This document shows positions 15,201 to 24,200 of a stretch of DNA of 64,000 nt, in pieces. The stretch is taken from positions 62,001-126,000 of the forward strand of contig JAYWIR010000089.1 in NCBI GenBank assembly GCA_036172245.1, written 5' to 3'. A program made the position numbers and the translations under genes. The first letter of the stretch is position 1, and the number at the start of each line of letters is the position of its first letter. The DNA comes from Raillietiella orientalis (lineage: Eukaryota). A model generated the notes under the pieces. It saw only the letters and a program-made list of their open reading frames with translations, had not been told where the DNA came from and did no database searches.

Positions 15201-18200
15201 CTTGTTTCGGACTATACTTTTTGTGTTTTTCTCGAAAGAGCATCCATCATTTTTTCTCTAAAATCAGAGGAGATTCTTAATGGATATGGTTCCATGAAGC
15301 AGGATACTCTAGCTAATTTTGCTTTTCCGTTTTTTATTTGAAAGGTGAAAATTTCAAAACTCGTTGCTTCGAAAACAGGGACATTTTTTTCTTTGATCAG
15401 CTCAAAGTTCTAAGAAGCATCTACTGAGGGTCTTATTGAGAATGCCTCGAAGGATGTTACTTGGTGGCAGACAGTTGATACCGGGGACCAGTTATTTGAC
15501 TATTTTTTATTGGTTACTTCCTGTCTTTGCTATAAACTTTTGTAGATAGCGTACCAACCTACCACTATTACTCGAATGAGCTGCCGCATTTAACGTGTGT
15601 GCCGTCAACAGTAGAGGGGCTGAGAAATAAGAATGGTATATGTGCAACGGAAGGCAAAGGAGATGTTGGTTCCGTCTTCTGCGAAGCATATTGTTTTTAC
15701 TAATGGTACATTTTGATGGCTTTGGCGTATGACGATGAATTGCAGGATGAGATTTTGGTCGAAATATGGCATTCTGTTTTCTTATTTCCCTTCTTCACTT
15801 TTACCTGAGGAACTGTAAACTTTGCAGCTGATCCGTAAGTCATTTTTTTCGTCTTCTTATGGCAACCTTGCATGTGGCAACGAAGTTTCCATAATGTGTA
15901 ATTTAGTTGAGACTCCAAATGTAAACCCAGTGGATCCCAGGGTCGGTTTCATCCTCTATCTTTTCTTCGCTACCAGAGGCATCTTCTTCTAGCCATTGAT
16001 AGCAGTGGGTACAGATGTTCCACATTTTTGAATTAGAGAAAAAGAAATTGGGCTCATGAATCAGATATCACATCATGCCTTATGACAGTAAATTTCAGAC
16101 CGATGTCCTCCTCACGATAAGCCCAGAGGATGTCCTTGTACACAGTCCCCGGAATGTAGCAGAAACCTCATTTGCATACATAATGTGTGTGGTGAGTTTT
16201 CATAAAGCATATCAATCTAGTGAAAAAGTCATAATCTTTCCTCTTCGCTTCCTTTTGGAATGAAGGGTTTGGTGATAACAGTTTATTACTGCACTGAAAT
16301 CAGTTTCGAATTCTTACAACGCAGGCAAAGCTATAAATACAGATAATTTATGTAGGAGATGCCGCGCACAGCTATAAACCTTGCATGCAAAAAGGCAAAG
16401 GTGCACAGCATGCACTTGAATAATGCTGTGTCTTCCCCTAGTTCCCAGATGCGATACAACGCCACTTTTATCACTTTGCACTTGCAAGTCCCCATCGGAG
16501 TGCGCAAGTGGAGTGTGCTATGACGGATTATGCAGTAAGTACCCAATTTCAGTCTTTCCACACAGATTCCCGAATTTCGCTTTGAGCTGTTTGCCTTGCA
16601 TAAGTGCATCAAACATTTCGAATGCTTGAAAGCAGTTTTCCCATATTTCGCGGATCATGCTGAAAGGGTGACAGACGTCGCACGCACCTTTCAGACGAGA
16701 AGGAAACCATTCGAAGTTGGACTGTTTCTTTTTTTTTTCTCTTGCATAAAAGACAAAACAATGACAGAGTCCGCGAGGGCTTGGAACTTTACGAAAATGA
16801 AGCTCTGATCGGCTAATAGTATCCAAACAAATGCTTTCGTTGAGCCAAACCTCAGATATATTTTTACCTTCTTGATACATATATTTCCTTATCGACCTCT
16901 TGCTAGAGAGTTTGTCAAGCACACCTCTAGCATGTTCGGCCACTGAGATCCATTGCTGACGAATCTCATCTGGAAAAAATTGATGGCAAGAGATTCAGGC
17001 AAAAGCGTGAAATTCCAGTGCAAATGATCTCAAGTTTCCCAGCGCGTATTCCACAGACACGTGCAGCTTCACAGTTGCTCGTCACCCAGTAACTCTCCGT
17101 TGATCCACCACCCAGGTTTGTCACGGAAGCAGTGCAACGAACCGAATCTAACTAGCGAGGACCACCGACAAACAGAAGCTGTGTACAATAAGATGAACGC
17201 AGACTGCTTCGATTAAGAGCACTACGAATCGAGGAGGAGGAAAGATAGGACGTATTCCGGAAATAAGGCGTATTTCCATCAGAATAAGTCCCTTATACAA
17301 ATTTTCTCGTACTGTGGCGTGTAGCGTACTTGAAGTGATTATCCAACAGCTTAGAAATTAAAGGAAGCAATCAAGTATTTTTCTTCTTAACATGCAAGTA
17401 TGTGTGTTTTTTTGTAGCTCCCTGTTCAAAGAAACCTGGGGAAACCAACTGTGCATGCTCCTCTCCAGATGACTGTCAGGGATCATGTGATGAAAAAGCT
17501 GCAGTCTGCAGTAAGATCATTGTCTCGTGAAGTCGAGTCTGAATGCTCCCACAACCATAATGGTAGTTTAAAGGGAGAAGATAAGTTGAATCGCTTTAAG
17601 TCTGAGTTCATCCTAATGGAATTTTTTATCCATGATGCGACAAGATTTGTTTGAAAATGCACGTGAAAAAAAACCTTGCTTTCTTATACGCTGCTATATG
17701 TCTAACTGTTATGAGCGCAATCAGCGAAGGCAGTCCACGTTTACAAAAGCAGAAAATATCGTGGGGCATCTGCTATTCATTAAAAACTCTATGAGCTGTG
17801 TTCTAATGAAAGCTGGTCACCACGAATTACTTCATCACGTATTGTCTTTCTTAGTGAATTACTGCTCCAAGGGAAAAATTCTTCATTCAGGTGGGTCGTG
17901 TCCTCCAGGATATTCCTGTGTAAAGACTCTCACAAAAGGAATATGTGGTAAGGAATCTTTCACCCACCAGTTACCGATTGCTTCTTTGACGTGATGCTTC
18001 ATTGACGTCCGGCGGTACAGCGTTATTAATTTACAACAAAACCGATTCACGTACATTCACCATGGGTTCCATCGTTCTATTTCTGGGACTCAAGATTCCA
18101 AGCTCACTCTCAAAGATTAGATCCGTACTCTTCATTGCTGTGATTTCGTCCTTGTCTTATATGCGTGTTTAAACAAGAATTCATCAGATAGATCACTACT

Positions 18201-21200
18201 TTCTGCTGCTTCCATCTTCACTCTCCTAGAACAGCTGCATCATTCCCTTTTGCAGCAAAGTTCTCACAGTCGAGTTTAAATGAAATTTCCAAAGTGTAAA
18301 TGGAAATTTCAATTATTCGCCCAGTCCTTTCCTCCAGTTATTGGGAAGGCACCGAGCACGGATTCTTTCGTGTGTGGTGACTCTTTACCACTTGGAACGC
18401 ACGATCAATTGCATTCGAGGTGACCGAGTTTCTGACTATTGAAACTGCAATGAACTTTTTCTTCGTTTCCATTCCACACAGTGCATACGCCAAATTACCC
18501 TTTAAGATTCGTACTTTTATCCATTTCTGAATTTATTGTTCTGCTCCTTGTTTTGTAAGTTCCGTCTGCTCTATGCGCATCGACGAAGAGTACTTGCGTT
18601 TGCCCTCATCCCAAGTGGTGTATTCGAAGTTGTGCTTGCGGTACGTCATTATGTCACAAACAATCAAGAAGCAAGTGATTGCCTTTAGTGATGTGCGTTT
18701 ACCCTGCGCCGAAGAAGTGTCCCTGTGCGGTACCTTCCAGCTGCCAAGGAAAGCTGATGTGCAAATACTACGATGATTACAGCGGAGTTTGTGGTAGGCT
18801 CTTATGGAATGCGTAGGTGCCTGTAACTCGGTTTTCCCGAAGAGGAAGCATGTGTCACCGAGAAGCTTTTCCCTTACTGCCCATGCTCTTCTAGTTTCCA
18901 ATGCGCAAGTGGGACCTGCATAGACGAATTTTGTGGTAGGGACGATCCTTTCGATTTCATCCACACAGTTTTCTGCTCTTCTTTGATGCTAACGAAGTTG
19001 GAATGCAAGTGCAAGAGCAAATTTTTTGCAGACATTTGCCGCAGCGACTCACGCGGTGAATACTGCCAATGCGAAAAGGACGAGGACTGCGAAACATCTT
19101 TGAGGTGCAAGGAAGGCGTATGCAGTGAGTGCCCCTCACACTTTCCACTTTTTTGCCCTGAACTGTATCTGGACTCTTGTAGAATATTCGATCTATTTTC
19201 GCCTCGTCTAAACGTATTATTCAAAATGCGAACTTTAGTATCAGGAAACTGATCAACGCTCATCAGGGGATTGCAAACTTGCAGTTTGCAAGACCTGGTT
19301 TGTCACTAATGATAAGCAATTGGTTCCATAATTGCGTGCGCTTTCCCCATCGGAGCTCCGGCTTGATAGCACCTCTAAAGCCATGATCCCTAGGTCGCTT
19401 CAAATGCCCTCCAAACCCGCCCTTCCCTCCGGAATGCCACTGCACACGAGACTCTCAATGTGCTTGTCGGATATGTTACAAAGGAAAATGTGGTGAGTAT
19501 AAGATGATTTGAGAATGGCTTTTGCACCCAGCGACTGCAACCGCTTCTTTCTCATGGTTTCAACACTTAACTCGAACGTTGAGCAAATCAGGATGTGTTG
19601 CACGCTTTTCACGATAGATCTGTGACACTGATTGCAATGGAACGCTGATCACACGGTAAAATACCATTTTCTCCCCTTGTAAAAAGAATTTCTCTTAACA
19701 GTAACGACTTCCTCGGCATGCGGCAAGCACTCCTGCAATTGCATACGCGATGGAGACTGCGCAACAGGAAGCATTTGCGTGGATTGCTACTGCCGTGAGT
19801 GTGTTCCCACTGGCGTCTCTATGCGTGTCACCACCGGATTTCAGAGAAATGCGAATACCCGTTGACACCTGGCTGCTACTGCAGCAACTCCCATCAGTGC
19901 GAAGGAACGTGCAATCTGGACGATCTCAAATGCGTCCCAGGTAAACATGCAACGGTCTTTTCAGTGGAAAGTACGAGTGGGAGGCTATGGACTCCAAATG
20001 GGCGCTCTCGTTAAGGGCGTTCCCCTGGACGCGAGCCGCATGCACCTTATCGACAAGAAGTCGCCGTAGGTTTGTGGACAGAAGGCTGAGCGATTCCAGC
20101 AGTGACGGAATGCCGTCATTGCATCATCTCTTTCAGATTCTCTCTGCAAATTCGTTGGCGCCCCAGGATGCTTCTGCACGAAGGATCCATCTATTTGTCT
20201 GGACGAATGTGTATCTGTTCCAGGAGTAGGCTACTGCGGTAGGCAACGGTTTTCAGTTGTGACCTTCCCCCTGCGCTTTTTCTTCCCTCTTTCCCTGTTG
20301 AGATCAGCTTTGAGGTCACAGCAATAGTTGTCGAGACAGCAATTCTGCTCGCGTCCCCTCCATCCTCACAGGAGCGATGGTAGCATCGCATATTTTCATG
20401 CTTCGAAGAAATGCCAATGATGCCATTCGCTCACTTCGCATGTCATTGTTCGTAGGGAGCTGCCAAAACCCACCTTACAGTTCCTTCTGTCCTTGCGAAA
20501 AAGGCGATGATTGCCTCAGTTTGACATGCATCAAGGAGATCTGCGCCCCGGTGGATGGTCAGTACGCTTTGTGGTTTCGCGGAAGACACCCTTGAAAGCA
20601 ACCATGATGTTTCCAAATTAGACACATGCGCAAAAATGTCCACAAGACCGCCCCTCTGCAGCTGTTCGCATCCCAGCCAGTGCCTGCATTCCTTGTGCCT
20701 GAGTAAATCATGTGGTGCGTTCATTTCCCACGATCAGAAATTCGGGAACGGGACATGGTCTCGCGGTCCTCAGCACTCAAGGACGCCTGTGCGGAACGAA
20801 GCAAGGAGGGCTGCCCTTGCATCAGCAAAACGTCATGCAAAGGGAAACCATGCTATGCGGTTGTGGACAATTTCAAAAAATGCACCGGTAGTAAAAGACA
20901 TTTGCTGCTCCATTGCAATCGTATATTCTTCAGCGTGTCCTGGAGGGGGCGGCTGTCCTTGCAGCACCAGCTGCATCACCTGCATAATCCATGCGAGAGG
21001 ATACATATGCGATGGAGGTTGTTGAGAGCCAACTGCAATTTGTATCTTACCTTTTCCGTTCCTCTGTTTCCGAATTGCGAACTCTGGACTACTCAGAAAT
21101 CTGCAAGCTCCCCGTAAAAGCCCCGGGATGCCCTTGCCTAATTGACTCAGAGTGCGAACAAAAGTTCTGCAGTGGGAATGCATGCGGTGTGTTGTCGTTT

Positions 21201-24200
21201 CCCGGGTTGCGTAATGCGTGCCATCTCTAGGCTGCTCCATGCCTTCTCCGGACGGTTGCGCCTGTTCCTTCCCTGAAGACTGCTACAACCTATGCGAGGA
21301 GCAGCCGGGTACTGGGTTCTTGAAGTGCGGCGACAGCAAAGGTACGTACGTGCCTCCACATTCTGGAGCAGCGGAGGAGCTCGTTGGAGAGACTGCTACT
21401 CCGCAACTCTTGCATCCACGTGCCTTTCCAGGCAAGTGCTCAAGAAAAAAAGAGGATGGCTGCGCTTGTGAATTCAATGTTCAGTGCCGCTCCCGTGTCT
21501 GCGTGAAGAGGGATCCTAAATCAGTGTTTGGGACGTGCTGTGAGTAGTGCGATTGTAAGGGTCGCCGAGGAGCAGTTTTCACCAGTCCGCCGCCACCCAC
21601 CAACGCGTTGAAACCTACTCTAAACGAAAGTTCTTACCCTAACTAAAAACCACTCTAAAACGTATCCCTGTGGCCGCATTCCCTTTTTGGAACGACGACC
21701 TGTGCTCCAGGATGAATTCCCTTTTCTGTTTCCCTCCCGATGGAAAATGGAAAAGAAATTCTGCATCACCTGATACAAGCGCCGTATCCGTTTCCTTATA
21801 CTCTTTTTTTAATCTGTGCTCAACTCTCTGTGGTCCCGAGCACTGCATGAACGATAACGCCACTAGCTCCAGTCCCCTCCTCTGGAAATCCATTTCCGGC
21901 ATTCTTTCGTTCGTGCCAGTCGCTCACTGCTGTTTGGCGAGAGAATGAATGATCGTGGTCCTGCATCCGTGACATCTCATGCTCACGAGTAATCTAACTG
22001 TGTAGATTCGCGGTGCGAAGTGGTGCCCAGGTCTCCTTTCTGCAAATGCAGATCTCCCAAAGAGTGTAAGCATGGATTTTGCGCGAAAACAGGATGGAAA
22101 AAAGAATGCGGTACGAAGACTCTGCTGCTCGATCGGGGCCTCGTGACGTGGCGGGTGCGATTTCATGCATTTCATTTCAGTTGACTGCAGGACTGCTCCC
22201 CGATCTCCTGGCTGTTCGTGCATCACCAACAGTCACTGCAAGGGACATTGCCGAAAGAAACATTGCTCAGGTACCGAGGAAGTAGTTGAGGTTTGCACTC
22301 CGGAAGCACCTTTGAACCACCCGTGGTACCTGCTTTGGCTGTCTGCGTGTGCATTCAAGAACGCCTTCTTCACCTGAGAGACGGTGATGAAGATAAAACG
22401 CGATGGCGATTGCTGCCTTAATTTTGCGCGACAGCTTCCGCTAATTGTAAGCCTGCAAAATTTGCCAGCGCTCTTTCCTGCGTGTCTTGCGGGGAAAATT
22501 GCTGCTTGCACGCAGTTGACGTTCAGAAAGAGCCTCAAAGTTGCACCTTTTTCCAGACTCCGGGTGCTCAAGGAAGAAAATGCGCCCGAGCGGTTGCCCG
22601 TGCGTTATACCGGGCGAATGCTTATCCGAGGAATGCGTACAGAGCGAGTCTGGAAAAGGCATGAGCTGCGCAGGTAGGGCACTGCTCATTTCGACAAAAG
22701 CCAGCGGCGAGGTTGCGACCCTGGCAATCTACGGCAGTCCCCCAATTTTGGTCTACTCGCCCTCTTGTGTTTCAGCATACTGCTTTTCCGTCAGAGGCAC
22801 GCTGTCCGCATTTTTATCTTCAGGATGTCCGTGTTCCAGGGATATCCAGTGTTTGGGATGGATGAAGTGTCACAAAACAACCGGAACTTGCGGTAGAGTT
22901 GGTCCTGCTGAAAAATCATGGACAGCCGGTCCCATTTTGATCGCGAAATGTCGAAAACGACAAAAACGAAAAACCTTTGTAATGTCTCAAGGGGGACTGG
23001 GCACTCTATTCTCTTCGGGTTCTATCCCATCTCTATTTCGCTTTCAAAGAATAGCCATTCAGCGAAAAGTGGAAATGTAGAGTCGAAGTGAAGTGCGCAC
23101 TTCTTAAATACTTGATGTCGGTTGATGCAAACGGGATCATCAGCTGTCCGTGATCAACGTCGTCTGGACCAGTCTAGCACGTGTTCCTTCTCAAAGATGT
23201 AGCATTAGTTAGGTGCTGAGTAATACCTTTCTTCAGTGTTTCAATCGGAGAATCTAATGACACGGTCTCGAGTAGATGACATTTATGTGGGTAACTTTGC
23301 AGAGGACTGCTCTTCGGTTCCGAAGACCACAGGATGCCCTTGTGACGATGACAGCGACTGCTTCAATCACTGCATCAAAGGATTGTGTGACAACAGTAAG
23401 CGAATCCCTCGTTATTTGTGGTCGTGGGGAAATCTGGAAATCTTTCTCTTTCGGCATCAGAGAGTTGAAAGCGTTGTTTTTAGTTTGGACGCTCATTTGT
23501 GGATCGGGCGAAGGAAATTCTCTCCTTTTTTTGATCCTATTTTTCGTGAACACCACTCCGGAAATTCGATTTTTTTGTTGTTGTTTTTCCTGAAACTTTC
23601 TGGCAAATCAACAACACAGACGAGCGCTGAAGATGTTCTGATAGAAGCTGTGCCTGTCATGAATAGACCTTTTGCTACATGCCGCTTAACAAAACGGCAT
23701 TTATCTTTAGGAAATCTGATTCGCTTGTTCATTTATCTATACAAAAAATAACGAGGCACCTCACGTACTGAATAAAGAGGAAAACAGAAATGAAATCATC
23801 GTGCACCGGGTACAAAACTGCCTCGGACGATTGGAATTTGCCAAAAAAGACTAGGAAAGGATACTCAAATATTTGTCAAATATTTATCCATCCCTGCGAG
23901 ATTCTGTCATTCGGTTCCTGCCTTTCTCTCAATGCAAGACTCTTCGTTCCCGCACATTACCCGGGAAGGGTGTGAAAACGAATACGCGCACTGCTTGACC
24001 TCACTCTCATTGAATTTAGGTTTGTGCTCGGGGTCGAATCGTCCAGACGGCTGTTCGTGTGAAATAAATGACGAGTGCATAAGCCGCGCCTGCTTGGTGG
24101 TTTTCACGACAGGCTTCAAAAAATGCAGTGAGCATCTCTCGATTATCCTACGGTTCATCCGAAAGAGTGATCCGGAATGATGTCTGTCTCCAGTTCACTG

